NCBI GenBank assembly: GCA_963737015.1
Contig: CAVTQZ010000001.1
Coordinates: 1,375,772-1,439,771, forward strand
Source of the DNA: an uncultured Acidimicrobiaceae bacterium
GTDB taxonomy: Bacteria; Actinomycetota; Acidimicrobiia; Acidimicrobiales; UBA8190
Direction of reading: 5' to 3'
DNA: 64,000 bases
Below the pieces are notes generated by a model that worked only from the letters and a program-made list of their open reading frames with translations, did no database searches and was not told the origin of the DNA. Shown one piece after another: positions 1 to 9,547 of the stretch (the stretch's first letter is position 1; each line of letters starts with the position of its first letter). The position numbers were made by a program, and so were the translations under genes.

Positions 1-767
1 GCACATGCTTCGAAGACGGCCTCCGTGTCGAACTTCGACTGGGCCCGTCCCCGTCCGACGAGCTTTCGCCCGGTGCAGTGCCCGAGGATGTCCGTATGCG
101 GGCTCTCGATCGCGGCGATCATCCGCTTCGTCATCTCCGCCTCTTCCATCGCGAGCTTGGAGTGCACACTGGCCACGACCAGGTCGAGGCGCGCGAGCAG
201 CTCCGTTTCCTGGTCGAGCGTGCCGTCCTCGAGGATGTCGACCTCGATGCCCGTGAGGACCCGGAACGGGGCCAGCTTCTCGTTCAGCTGCTCGATGACG
301 TCCAGCTGTTCGAGCAACCGATCGCGATTGAGCCCGTGCGCGACCGTGAGCCTCGGGCTGTGGTCTGTCATCGCCAGGTAACTGTGACCGAGATCGCGCG
401 CCGCGGTCGCCATCTCGGATATCGGGCTTCCGCCGTCGGACCAGTCCGAGTGGGCGTGACAGTCCCCACGGAGCTTCTCGCGCAGAGCCGTGACCGCGGC
501 GCTCGCCACAGGGGCGTCACGCTCCTCGAGGACGCTCAGGTAGCTCGGCGCGTCCCCGCCGAGGGCTTCGGCGATCGCCCGCGCGGTGGTGTCCCCGACT
601 CCGGCAAGCTTTGTCAGCGCCCCGGCCGCGGCCAGTCGCCTCAGCTCCTCGGGGTCGGTCTCGGACACCGTTCGGGCGGCCCGGCGAAAAGCCTGAACCT
701 TGTAAGTCTCGGCGCGGTCGCGCTCGAGCAGGTAGGCGATACGCGTCAGTGCATCGGCTGGGTCCAT
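1..767 (-). CDS. PHP-domain phosphoesterase with short N-terminal HhH-like region (PolX-like); partial, 3' end lies outside window
   Basis: Reverse-strand translation from ATG (rc of cat 765-767) gives MDPADALTRIAYLLE...GDCHAHSDWSDGGSPISEMA...AMTDHSPRL...SVHSKL, with typical PHP metal-binding His/Asp motifs. The ORF track only shows the antisense 78..971 ORF. Confidence 0.6.
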   Translation of the reverse strand, partial: MDPADALTRIAYLLERDRAETYKVQAFRRAARTVSETDPEELRRLAAAGALTKLAGVGDTTARAIAEALGGDAPSYLSVLEERDAPVASAAVTALREKLRGDCHAHSDWSDGGSPISEMATAARDLGHSYLAMTDHSPRLTVAHGLNRDRLLEQLDVIEQLNEKLAPFRVLTGIEVDILEDGTLDQETELLARLDLVVASVHSKLAMEEAEMTKRMIAAIESPHTDILGHCTGRKLVGRGRAQSKFDTEAVFEAC

Positions 768-834
768 CGCTCTCGACCCTACCGGGCGGGCAGATACACA
801 GAGATGGTGCCCGAGCGTGGAAGCATCTTGGGCG

Positions 835-1854
835 ATGGCAGCCAAAGCGACGGCGGTCGACGTGGATGTCGACGGACGAACCGTGAGTGTCACAAATCCG
901 GAGAAGGTGTTCTTCTCCGCGCGCGGCGAGACGAAGCTAGACCTCGTCCTCTACTACCGATCGGTCGGTGAGGGTGCCCTCAGGGGGGTGCGCGAACGCC
1001 CGACCGTCCTCAAGCGGTACCCGAACGGGGCCGAAGGCGAATTCTTCTACCAGAAGCGCGTTCCCGAGAGCCGCCCGGAATGGATCGAGACCGTCACCGT
1101 CCACTTCCCGAGTGGCCGAAGCGCCGCGGAGCTCTGCCCCGTGGACGTGGCCCACGTGCTGTGGGCGGCGAACCTCGGCTGCCTCGACCTCAACCCCTGG
1201 CCCGTGAGGCGCGCCGACGTCGACCATCCCGACGAGCTGCGCGTCGACCTCGACCCTCAGCCCGACGTCCCCTTCGACGCCGTTCGCGTCACGGCGCTCG
1301 AGGTACGACTCGTCCTGGAAGAGCACAACCTCGTGGGCTTCCCGAAGACCTCGGGATCGAGGGGGATGCACATAAACGTCCCCATCGAGCCCCGCTGGAC
1401 CTTCACCGAGGTGCGAAGGGCCGCGCTGGCGCTCGCACGCGAGATCGAGCGGCGCATGCCCGACGTCGCCACATCTGCTTGGTGGAAGGAACAGCGCGGG
1501 CCACGCGTGTTCATCGACTACAACCAGAACGCGCGCGACCGCACGGTCGCCTCCGCCTACTCGGTGCGCGCGAATCCCGAAGGGCGCGTCTCGTGCCCGC
1601 TCGAATGGGAAGAGGTCCCTGACGTCGATCCCTCGGATCTCACGATCGCGACCGTCCCCGGGCGTTTCGCAGAGAGAGGGGACCCGGCAAAGGCGACGGA
1701 CGATTTGCGTCTCGACCTCTCGTCGCTTCTCGAGCTCGCTGCGCGTGACGAGGCGGGCGGGCTCGGCGACGCACCCTGGCCGCCTCACTTCGCCAAGCAG
1801 CGCGGTGAACCGCGCCGGGTCGCCCCGAGCCGGGCGCGCAAGGGCCCGGCCTGA
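835..1854 (+). CDS. Stand-alone LigD-type polymerase/primase domain protein (Prim-PolC-like)
   Basis: 345-aa ORF with KRYPNG...FFYQK and SGSRGMHI motifs characteristic of the LigD Pol domain. GTG at 817 or ATG at 835 are candidate starts. Convergent with the ligase gene. Confidence 0.75.
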   Translation: MAAKATAVDVDVDGRTVSVTNPEKVFFSARGETKLDLVLYYRSVGEGALRGVRERPTVLKRYPNGAEGEFFYQKRVPESRPEWIETVTVHFPSGRSAAELCPVDVAHVLWAANLGCLDLNPWPVRRADVDHPDELRVDLDPQPDVPFDAVRVTALEVRLVLEEHNLVGFPKTSGSRGMHINVPIEPRWTFTEVRRAALALAREIERRMPDVATSAWWKEQRGPRVFIDYNQNARDRTVASAYSVRANPEGRVSCPLEWEEVPDVDPSDLTIATVPGRFAERGDPAKATDDLRLDLSSLLELAARDEAGGLGDAPWPPHFAKQRGEPRRVAPSRARKGPA

Positions 1855-1865
1855 AAGGCGGCGCC

Positions 1866-2915
1866 TCAGGCTCCGAAGACCGCCTCGATCTCCTCGGGCA
1901 CCACGACCTCGAGCTGGTCGTAGGTGCAGCTCTCAGGCGACTTGTCCGGCCGCCAGCGGCGAAAGGTCGTGCCGTGGCGGAACCGGTCGCGCTGCAGGTG
2001 GTCGTAGGCGACCTCGCAGACGAGCTTCGGTGAGAGCGGCTCGAAGCTCAGATCCTTCGACGCGTTCCAGCGTGACGGAGCGCCCGGCTTTCGCCCGGCC
2101 GTCGGATCGGGGGCGCTCCATCCCTGCCACGGGTGTCCCTCGAGCGAGTCGACCCGGTAGGGGGCGATCTCGTCCACGAGCTCCCGCCGCCGGGCCACCG
2201 TGAACGAGGCGGTGACGCCGACGTGGTGCAAGATGCCCGCGTCGTCGTAGAGGCCGAGGAGAAGGGATCCGACGACACCACCGGATTTGTGCCACCTGAA
2301 GCCCGCGACGACGCAGTCAGCCGTCCTCTCGTGTTTCACCTTCACCATCACACGCTCGTCTTCGCGGTAGTTGAGCCCCACCCCCTTGGCGATCACGCCG
2401 TCGAGGCCCGCCCCTTCGAAACGCGCGAACCAGTCGCGCGCGACCGCGGGGTCCGAGGTGGCCGGTGTGACGTGCACGGGCGGACGGGCGCCCGACAACG
2501 CTTCCTCCAACAACTTGCGTCGTTCGGAGAACGGCGACTTGCGCAGGTCGCTGTCGTCGAGAGCCAGGAGATCGAACGCAACGAAGGAAGCAGGGGTGGA
2601 CTGCGCCAACATCCTCACTCTCGAATCGGCGGGATGTATCCGTTGAAGCAGCGCGTCGAAGTCGAGGCCCCCGGGCCCCGCGATGACGATCTCCCCGTCG
2701 ACGACGGCGCGCTCGGGGAAGCCATCCCGGATGGGATCGAGGAGCTCGGGGAAGTAACGGGTGAGCGGCCGCTCGTTGCGGCTGCCCAGCTCGACCTCGT
2801 CCGCGTCGCGGAACGCGATGCAGCGAAAGCCGTCCCACTTGGGCTCGTAGACGAGATCGTCACCGACCGGCAGCTCGCGCGACAGCTTCGCGAGCATCGG
2901 CGAGACAGGCGGCAT
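1866..2915 (-). CDS. ligC: ATP-dependent DNA ligase (LigC-like)
   Basis: EPKWDGFR adenylation motif (KxDG) and ~350-aa length like mycobacterial LigC. ATG 2915 is preferred over the upstream GTG 2969, preceded by an aaggtgga RBS-like motif. Confidence 0.7.
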   Translation of the reverse strand: MPPVSPMLAKLSRELPVGDDLVYEPKWDGFRCIAFRDADEVELGSRNERPLTRYFPELLDPIRDGFPERAVVDGEIVIAGPGGLDFDALLQRIHPADSRVRMLAQSTPASFVAFDLLALDDSDLRKSPFSERRKLLEEALSGARPPVHVTPATSDPAVARDWFARFEGAGLDGVIAKGVGLNYREDERVMVKVKHERTADCVVAGFRWHKSGGVVGSLLLGLYDDAGILHHVGVTASFTVARRRELVDEIAPYRVDSLEGHPWQGWSAPDPTAGRKPGAPSRWNASKDLSFEPLSPKLVCEVAYDHLQRDRFRHGTTFRRWRPDKSPESCTYDQLEVVVPEEIEAVFGA

Positions 2916-3012
2916 CACGGGCAAATTCACCTGTCCACCTTTCCATGCTCCTGAGCTCCCGCGCACCACCGCCCTGCCACCGGCGGACCAAGCCGCCTAG
3001 GCTCCGCGCAGC

Positions 3013-5013
3013 ATGCGCCACTTCACCAGCCCGGCGAAGCCGGGTCCGCCGAGAGAACCCTCCCGACCCTCCGCGCCGCCTCCTCCGCCTCGTTGGCGCG
3101 GTTGGTTGCTCCTCGCCGGTGTGATCGTCACCTTGCTGCTCCTGTTCACCCCGAGCACGACCTCCAAGCCGACCACCAGCTACAACTACTCACAGTTCCT
3201 CACCCAGGTCGAACAGAACAAGGTGAAAAGCGCCTCGATCGACCCGAACGGGGCGGTGACGGGCAAGCTGTCGAACGGCGATCAGTACAAGACCCAGATC
3301 CCGACGGCGCTCAACAACGGCCCGCTCACCGGTCTCCTCCAGTCGCACCACGTGACGATCACCGGCGTCGCCTCCTCCACCAGCGCGCTCGACGTGCTCC
3401 TTTCGTTCTTGCCCCTCGTACTAGTCGTCGCACTCTTCATCTGGCTCGGGCGCAGCTCGCGGCGGGCGCTCGCCGGGGGGATCATGGGTTTCGGCGGCTC
3501 GAAGGCGAAGGTCTACCAGGAGGACCGCCCGTCCACCCGCTTCAGCGACGTCGCCGGGTACGAGGGTGCTAAGCGCGAGGTCGAGGAGGTCGTCGACTTC
3601 CTGAAGGACCCGGAGAAGTACAAGCGCGCGGGAGCGGTCGGCCCCCGTGGGCTCCTGATGGTCGGCCCCCCGGGCAGCGGCAAGACGCTCATGGCACGAG
3701 CGGTGGCAGGCGAGGCCGAGGTCCCCTTCCTGGCACTTACGGGCTCGAGCTTCGTCGAGATGTTCGTTGGCGTCGGGGCATCACGCGTCCGCGACCTCTT
3801 CGCCAACGCCCGCAAGCTCGCCCCGTCGATCATCTTCATCGACGAGATCGATGCGATCGGGCAACGCCGCGGCGGGTCGATCATCTCCAACGACGAGCGG
3901 GAGCAGACCCTGAACCAGATGCTCGCGGAGATGGACGGCTTCGACCCGTCGACCGGGGTCGTCGTGATGGCGGCGACGAACCGCCCCGAGATCCTCGACC
4001 CCGCACTGCTCAGGCCGGGCCGGTTCGACCGGCAGGTCGAGATCCCTCTGCCGAACCAGGCGGAGAGGGCAGCGATCCTCCTGGTCCACGCGCGCGACAA
4101 GATGCTCGACCCGAAAGTCGACCTCGGTGCGGTCTCCCGGGCCACACCCGGCTTTTCCGGAGCCGACCTGGCCAACCTCGTGAACGAAGCGGCGATCGTG
4201 GCGGTACGCCATGGGCGTGACGTCATCACCGAGGAGGACTTCGACGATGCACGCGACCGGGTCATTCTCGGGCGACGCGATGAGTCCAACGCATTGCTCC
4301 CCGAGGAAAAGCATGCCGTGGCGGTGCACGAGACGGGTCACGCCCTCGTGGCGTTCCTCTCGGAGCACGCGGACCCCGTCGCCAAGGTCACGATCCTTCC
4401 CGCTGGACGAGCGCTCGGGGTTACAGAGCAGTTGCCGGTCGACGAGCGTCACCTCTACTCGGAGAGCTACCTGCGTGACTCCTTGGCCGTGCGGCTGGGG
4501 GGACGAGCTTCGGAGCTTCTCGTGATCGGAGAGGCCTCGACCGGGGCTTCGAACGATCTCTCGGGAGCGACCGAGCTCGCGATCCACATGGTGCGAGACT
4601 GGGGGCTCTCGCCGCGTCTCGGGCCCGTCGGTTTCGGGTCCGACGGGCCTTCGTACCTCGGGAGCTCGGCCCAGCTGCAGTCGCGTCCCTATGCAGAAGG
4701 TACCCAACAGGCGATCGACGAGGAGGTCACGCGCCTTCTCTCGGAGGCCGAAGAGCGCGCGCGGGCGATCCTCTCCTCTAACCGGCCCGCCCTCGACGCG
4801 GTGGTCGAGCTGTTGCTCGAACGCGAGACGATCAGCGGCGACGAGCTGGCAGAGGTCGTGGAGAGATCGAGCCCAAACGGCGCAGAGACAAAGCCCGCCA
4901 CACGCCCACAAAGCTCCGAGCAGTCCCGCGGACACGAGAAGACAGGGTCCGCTGCGCCCACGCGGGTGGCGAGCTCCACCACAGGCTCCCGAGGAGGATC
5001 CGATGCAAGGTGA
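3013..5013 (+). CDS. ftsH: ATP-dependent zinc metalloprotease FtsH
   Basis: N-terminal TM segments, Walker [12 protein letters not shown] domain, HETGHAL zinc motif; 666 aa. Confidence 0.9.
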   Translation: MRHFTSPAKPGPPREPSRPSAPPPPPRWRGWLLLAGVIVTLLLLFTPSTTSKPTTSYNYSQFLTQVEQNKVKSASIDPNGAVTGKLSNGDQYKTQIPTALNNGPLTGLLQSHHVTITGVASSTSALDVLLSFLPLVLVVALFIWLGRSSRRALAGGIMGFGGSKAKVYQEDRPSTRFSDVAGYEGAKREVEEVVDFLKDPEKYKRAGAVGPRGLLMVGPPGSGKTLMARAVAGEAEVPFLALTGSSFVEMFVGVGASRVRDLFANARKLAPSIIFIDEIDAIGQRRGGSIISNDEREQTLNQMLAEMDGFDPSTGVVVMAATNRPEILDPALLRPGRFDRQVEIPLPNQAERAAILLVHARDKMLDPKVDLGAVSRATPGFSGADLANLVNEAAIVAVRHGRDVITEEDFDDARDRVILGRRDESNALLPEEKHAVAVHETGHALVAFLSEHADPVAKVTILPAGRALGVTEQLPVDERHLYSESYLRDSLAVRLGGRASELLVIGEASTGASNDLSGATELAIHMVRDWGLSPRLGPVGFGSDGPSYLGSSAQLQSRPYAEGTQQAIDEEVTRLLSEAEERARAILSSNRPALDAVVELLLERETISGDELAEVVERSSPNGAETKPATRPQSSEQSRGHEKTGSAAPTRVASSTTGSRGGSDAR

Positions 5014-5463
5014 AGTAATGACCGTCGAAAGAGTGATCGCAGCCCCGCCGCAGAGCGTCTTCGCCCTTCTCGCAGATGCTTCGAAGCACCCGGAGATCGA
5101 CGGGTCGGGATCGGTGAGAAAGGCGAAGGCCGGTGCTTCGCAAAAGCTCACTCTGGGGTCGAGGTTCGGTATGTCGATGAAAATGGGCCTGCCGTACTCG
5201 ATGATGAACGAGGTCATCGAGTACGAAGATGGCCGTCGGATCGCGTGGCAGACGCGTCCGCCGGGACTCATGGGTCGGCTGGTGGGCGGAAGGATCTGGC
5301 GCTACGAGCTCGAGCCCACGGGCGGCGGGACGAGGGTACGAGAGAGCTGGGACCTCTCCCAGGACCGCCAGCGGGCGCTGTTGAAGCGGGGGCCTTTACC
5401 GAAGCAGACCCGGCGGAACATGGAGAAGACCCTCGAGAGGATCGAGCAGCTCACGAAACCCTA
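5003..5463 (+). CDS. SRPBCC (START/Bet v1-like, polyketide cyclase/dehydrase fold) family protein
   Basis: MTVERVIAAPPQSVFALLAD... is paralogous to the ORF at 30783. Start is ATG 5003 (4-nt overlap with ftsH stop) or ATG 5018. Confidence 0.6.
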
Positions 5464-5509
5464 AAGGTCCTCTCACCATGAGCTGACCTCGACGTGGCGC
5501 GATGGTGAC

Positions 5510-6838
5510 GTGGACGAGGCGACAGCTTCCCTGGCACATCTCTACAGGCGAGCCGGGTTCGGAGCCACCAGTGACGAGCTTCAGAAGGTCACCGGACAGG
5601 GTTACGAACAGACGATCAGCGCCTGGGTCGGTGGGCTCCCGGATCCGGATCCCGCCGCCTCTTCCATAAGCCCTCCCGAGCTCACGGCTGTGCCGACGAG
5701 CTTCGCGGACCTGCGCCCGGGCTCTTCAGCTCGCCGGGCGCTCGCGCGCAGCCTCCACGAGGAATTGCCTGCGCTGGTGCAGTGGTGGTTGGCGCGGATG
5801 GTCGCAGCATCCAACCCGCTCACCGAGAAGCTCGTGCTTCTTCTTCACAACCAGTTCCCCACCGCAGTGTCGAAGGTGCGGTTCCCGAGCCTCATGCTCC
5901 GGCAGAACGAACTGATGCGAAATGTCGGAGCCGGCTCGTTCGACACCCTCACTCAAGCCGTCTCGACCGACCCAGCGATGCTCATCTGGCTCGACGCGGG
6001 GAGCGACCACAAGGCCCACCCCAACGAGAACTTCGCGCGTGAGCTCATGGAACGCTTCACCATGGGGGTGGGCACGTACACGCAGAAGGACGTCGATGCA
6101 GCCGCGGCATGCTTCACCGGTTGGTACTTCGACCCCGCTACCGGGGGCTTCGCTGTACGTGCCTCGGACCACGAAAGCGCTCCGCAGACCTTCCTCGGCC
6201 AGAGTGGGATAAACACGGGGCAGCAGGTAATAGACATCGCCACCCATTCGGAGCCCTCCGCCAAGTGGGTGACGAGCCGGATGTGGAGCTTCCTCGCATA
6301 CCCGATCGAGCCGAGCGACCCCGTCGCCGCGCAGTTGGCCGGGTCCTATCAGAAGGACCTGAACATGTCGGGCCTCCTCACCTCGATCTTCACCCATCCG
6401 CTCTTCCTCTCCGCCAAAGCCCGCACCGGCTTGGTGAAGCAACCTGTCGAGTGGGTGGCCGGGACATTGCGCGCCCTCGGTTTCTCGCCGGCCGATGTGG
6501 CCTCGGGAAAAGTGGCGGTCCACGAAGTGCTCGGCGCGCTCGGTCAGATCCCGTTCGATCCTCCGAGTGTCGGGGGTTGGCCGCAGAACGAAGGCTGGCT
6601 GTCGACTGCGTCCGCGCTGGCACGCTGGCGATGGGCAACGGAGCTGACCAATTCGGGAGCGGCGGACATGTCCCTCGTCGAGGACGCGAGCGCTCCCGAC
6701 CGCCCGGGCGCAGCAGCCGAGCTGTTGTCGGTCGACTCGTGGGAACCGCCCACCGCCTCCGCCCTCGCACGTGTATCGCAGAACCCGAGCGACGTCGTGA
6801 CGCTCGCTCTCATATCCCCCGAGTACGTGAGCAACTGA
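5510..6838 (+). CDS. DUF1800 family protein
   Basis: 442 aa with GTG start; YRRAGFGAT...L N-terminal signature. Immediately followed by a DUF1501 partner, the usual pairing. Confidence 0.7.
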   Translation: MDEATASLAHLYRRAGFGATSDELQKVTGQGYEQTISAWVGGLPDPDPAASSISPPELTAVPTSFADLRPGSSARRALARSLHEELPALVQWWLARMVAASNPLTEKLVLLLHNQFPTAVSKVRFPSLMLRQNELMRNVGAGSFDTLTQAVSTDPAMLIWLDAGSDHKAHPNENFARELMERFTMGVGTYTQKDVDAAAACFTGWYFDPATGGFAVRASDHESAPQTFLGQSGINTGQQVIDIATHSEPSAKWVTSRMWSFLAYPIEPSDPVAAQLAGSYQKDLNMSGLLTSIFTHPLFLSAKARTGLVKQPVEWVAGTLRALGFSPADVASGKVAVHEVLGALGQIPFDPPSVGGWPQNEGWLSTASALARWRWATELTNSGAADMSLVEDASAPDRPGAAAELLSVDSWEPPTASALARVSQNPSDVVTLALISPEYVSN

Positions 6839-6841
6839 CCC

Positions 6842-8218
6842 GTGCACACACTCTCCGCCATACCCGTGCCTACTCCGGCTGCGAGCCAGGAGCGGACGAA
6901 GCTGCTTTCGAGACGGCGCTTTCTCGCCTTCACCGGCGCCGCGGGGGCGCTCGGCGCGGTAGGAGGAGTCGGTGCCGGATTGCTTCACCGATCGAGCGTC
7001 GAGAACCATCTCGCCGCACAGGGCCTGTATCCGGGTTCGAGCTCGGCCGCGACGGATGGCCCGATCCTCGTGCTGCTCACGCTGTATGGCGGAAACGACG
7101 GGCTGAACACCGTGGTGCCCTACGAGAGCTCCGACTATCAGTCCCAGCGGGGGATCCTCGCACTGAGTCCCGAGAGCCTTCTCCCCCTCGCAGAGGGCTT
7201 TGCGCTGCACGCATCCATGCAGGGCTTTCACGATCTTTGGCAGAAGGAGACACTGGCTGTCGTCCACGGCGTCGGTTACCCGGATCCGAATCTCAGCCAT
7301 TTCGAGTCGATGGACATCTGGCAGAGCGCCGACCCCGACGGCGGCTCGACCAGCGGATGGTTGGGAAGATGGCTCGACTCCGCGGCCGGATCCGACCCGC
7401 TCACCGGCGCGTGCATCGGCCCGACCGTCCCGCTGGCGCTCATGGGCGAGAAGGTCCAAGCCGCAGCCATCCCTCCCCCGCCTCTCGTTCTCCCGGGTTC
7501 GCCGTCGTTTCGCGCCGCATACGCGCAGATGTCTCTCGCCGCTAACGGAGAGACGGAGCTCCTTTCCGAGGCTGCGACGTCGGCAGCCGACCTCTTGAGG
7601 GTCCAGAGCACGCTCGCGCCGGTGCTGGACAGCGCGAGCAGCTCTTCTCCGGTCTCGGGGGGTAACCCGACGAGCCTCGAGGGAGCCGGCGAAGGAGCTC
7701 TGGCGATCACCCAGGGAGGCGGGGGATCGTCGACTGCATCTGTCCTCGCGCAACAGCTCGACCTGGTCGCGGAGATGATCGACGCGGGAGTACCGACGAA
7801 GGCCTACGGCGTGAGCTTCGGCGGTTTCGACACCCACACGAACGAGCTCTCGACGCAGCAGGACCTGCTGTCGGAGCTCGACGAAGCTGTGAGCTCGTTC
7901 CTGAAGGCAATGGCCTCCGCCCCCCACGGTCGCCCGGTCGTGGTGGTCATCCACACCGAGTTCGGCAGGCGCGTAGCCGCTAACGCCAGCGGCGGGACCG
8001 ATCACGGCACGGCGAATGTCGTCTTCGTCGCAGGGTCGAGCGTGAAGGGAGGTCTCTACGGATCACCGCCCAGCCTCACGAAGCTCGACGACAACGGGAA
8101 CCTCGTCTACACGACCGATTTCCGAAGCGTCTACGCGACGGTGCTCGAAAAGATCGTGGGTGTGGACCCGAAGGATGTCCTCGGCTCGACTTTTCCGACC
8201 CTCGGGTTCCTCGATTAG
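6842..8218 (+). CDS. DUF1501 family protein (sulfatase-like fold) with Tat signal
   Basis: SRRRFLAFTGAAGALG twin-arginine signal; YGGNDGLNTVVPY and GGFDTHTNE motifs. Confidence 0.75.
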   Translation: MHTLSAIPVPTPAASQERTKLLSRRRFLAFTGAAGALGAVGGVGAGLLHRSSVENHLAAQGLYPGSSSAATDGPILVLLTLYGGNDGLNTVVPYESSDYQSQRGILALSPESLLPLAEGFALHASMQGFHDLWQKETLAVVHGVGYPDPNLSHFESMDIWQSADPDGGSTSGWLGRWLDSAAGSDPLTGACIGPTVPLALMGEKVQAAAIPPPPLVLPGSPSFRAAYAQMSLAANGETELLSEAATSAADLLRVQSTLAPVLDSASSSSPVSGGNPTSLEGAGEGALAITQGGGGSSTASVLAQQLDLVAEMIDAGVPTKAYGVSFGGFDTHTNELSTQQDLLSELDEAVSSFLKAMASAPHGRPVVVVIHTEFGRRVAANASGGTDHGTANVVFVAGSSVKGGLYGSPPSLTKLDDNGNLVYTTDFRSVYATVLEKIVGVDPKDVLGSTFPTLGFLD

Positions 8219-8253
8219 GAGCCATGTGCGGCCCTGTATGCGGACCGGCCTGC

Positions 8254-8952
8254 TCAGTAGAGAGGCGACCATGCAGATGTACGAAGGAGCTTGCTTCCCC
8301 AGCGATCGCGGTAGGCGAGGGCGTCGTGCATGAACTGCCCCGGGGCGCGGAACTCCGCGGGAGTCTCGGTCACGAGAAGTTGCAGGAGGCCTTCGTGGGT
8401 GGTCACCTTCTGCATGAGGACGGCCTCCTTGTGAGCCCCGGTACCGAAAGCGACCTGGAACACCGCCTGGATGTCGAGAAGCGTTTTCCCGCGCTCACGC
8501 ATAGGGAGGAAGTAGTCGCTCTGCCAGAACGCGATGTAGTCGTCGACAGCGGCATGAGGCCAACCCGTGTCCTCCATGTAGATCGATAGCTCGTGCTCCG
8601 AGCCGTCGACGGGAACAGAACCGAGGTCGAGTTCGCTCATCGGCGACCATGAGACCGGTAGGAGGATCTTCGACTCCACCCCGTGACGAAGCTCGTCGAG
8701 GCGGCGAGCCCAGGGGCGGAGATCGCCATGTTGCACACGCTCCGCCAGGGCTTCCCACGCCGCCCCGTTCTTCACCGCCGTGACGGTCACGATGTTGTAG
8801 GCGGGCCCACTTCCGTGAGCGTGATTGAAGTACCAGAGCAGCCGCGCGTCCGCGCCTGCCGCGAGAATCGGCATCCAGGCCTCACGGTACGCAGCCTCGA
8901 ACTCCTCCTCGAGCGCCCCACGGACCTCGTGCACCTCGTGAAGAAAGAGCAT
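8254..8952 (-). CDS. Hypothetical protein, internally duplicated (~100-aa halves, possibly dimeric alpha/beta-barrel-like)
   Basis: 232-aa ORF with coding-like composition; two similar halves (EEEFEAAYREAWMP... / DDYIAFWQSDYFLP...). No confident family assignment. Confidence 0.4.
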   Translation of the reverse strand: MLFLHEVHEVRGALEEEFEAAYREAWMPILAAGADARLLWYFNHAHGSGPAYNIVTVTAVKNGAAWEALAERVQHGDLRPWARRLDELRHGVESKILLPVSWSPMSELDLGSVPVDGSEHELSIYMEDTGWPHAAVDDYIAFWQSDYFLPMRERGKTLLDIQAVFQVAFGTGAHKEAVLMQKVTTHEGLLQLLVTETPAEFRAPGQFMHDALAYRDRWGSKLLRTSAWSPLY

Positions 8953-9547
8953 GGTGCTGAAAAGGTACCCTGTGCGAACACCAGGAGTTCGATTGTCCGA
9001 GACGAAGCTCGGGGGCGAGATCGGGTTCCGCCCCCTTCAAAGAAACGACTTCCCGATGCTCGTATCGTGGCTGCGCGCGCCGCACGTGGCGAGGTGGTGG
9101 CGGGAGCCCGCGACGCTCGAGTTCGTCGAGAACGAATACGGCCCCACAGCAGACGGAGAAGAAAGCACCGAGGTCTTCGTCCTCGAGATGGCCGGGGCCC
9201 CCGTAGGTCTCATCCAGCGCTATCGCCACGCCGACGAGCCCGACTGGGATCGCGCCGTAGGAGTGGAGGGCGCCTGCGGAATCGATTACTTGATCGGCGC
9301 CGAAGACATGACCGGGCGGGGCCTCGGCTCGAGGATGATCCACGCATTCGCGTGCCAGAGCCTCGCTGCGTGGAGCGACGTTGCCTGTGTGTGCGCCGTG
9401 ACGCAGCAGGAGAACGTTGCCTCGTGGAGGGCCCTCGAGAAAGCCGGCTTCACCCGTGTCAAGGAGTTCGAGCAGATCGCATCCGAGCACCCCTCGGACA
9501 GCGGCCCGAGCTTCGTCTACGTCCTCGAGCGCTCAGGCGAGCTCTGA
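8951..9547 (+). CDS. GNAT family N-acetyltransferase (AAC(6')/siderophore-acetylase-like)
   Basis: LRAPHVARWW N-terminal motif and a GNAT core. Start is uncertain (ATG 8951 overlaps the start of the divergent gene; a downstream GTG/TTG is possible). Confidence 0.6.
   Translation: MVLKRYPVRTPGVRLSETKLGGEIGFRPLQRNDFPMLVSWLRAPHVARWWREPATLEFVENEYGPTADGEESTEVFVLEMAGAPVGLIQRYRHADEPDWDRAVGVEGACGIDYLIGAEDMTGRGLGSRMIHAFACQSLAAWSDVACVCAVTQQENVASWRALEKAGFTRVKEFEQIASEHPSDSGPSFVYVLERSGEL

Noticed and set aside
78-971. 297-aa plus-strand ORF at the window start
   Set aside because: Antisense to the PHP-domain gene, whose reverse-strand translation carries clear PHP His/Asp motifs.
3781-5271. 496-aa minus-strand ORF opposite ftsH
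   Set aside because: Antisense to ftsH, an unambiguous AAA protease gene; no domain-like sequence.
5726-8005. 759-aa ORF on the minus strand spanning the DUF1800/DUF1501 genes
   Set aside because: Runs antisense to two well-supported genes. Arg/Gly/Pro-rich composition is typical of out-of-frame high-GC DNA, and no domain-like sequence is present.
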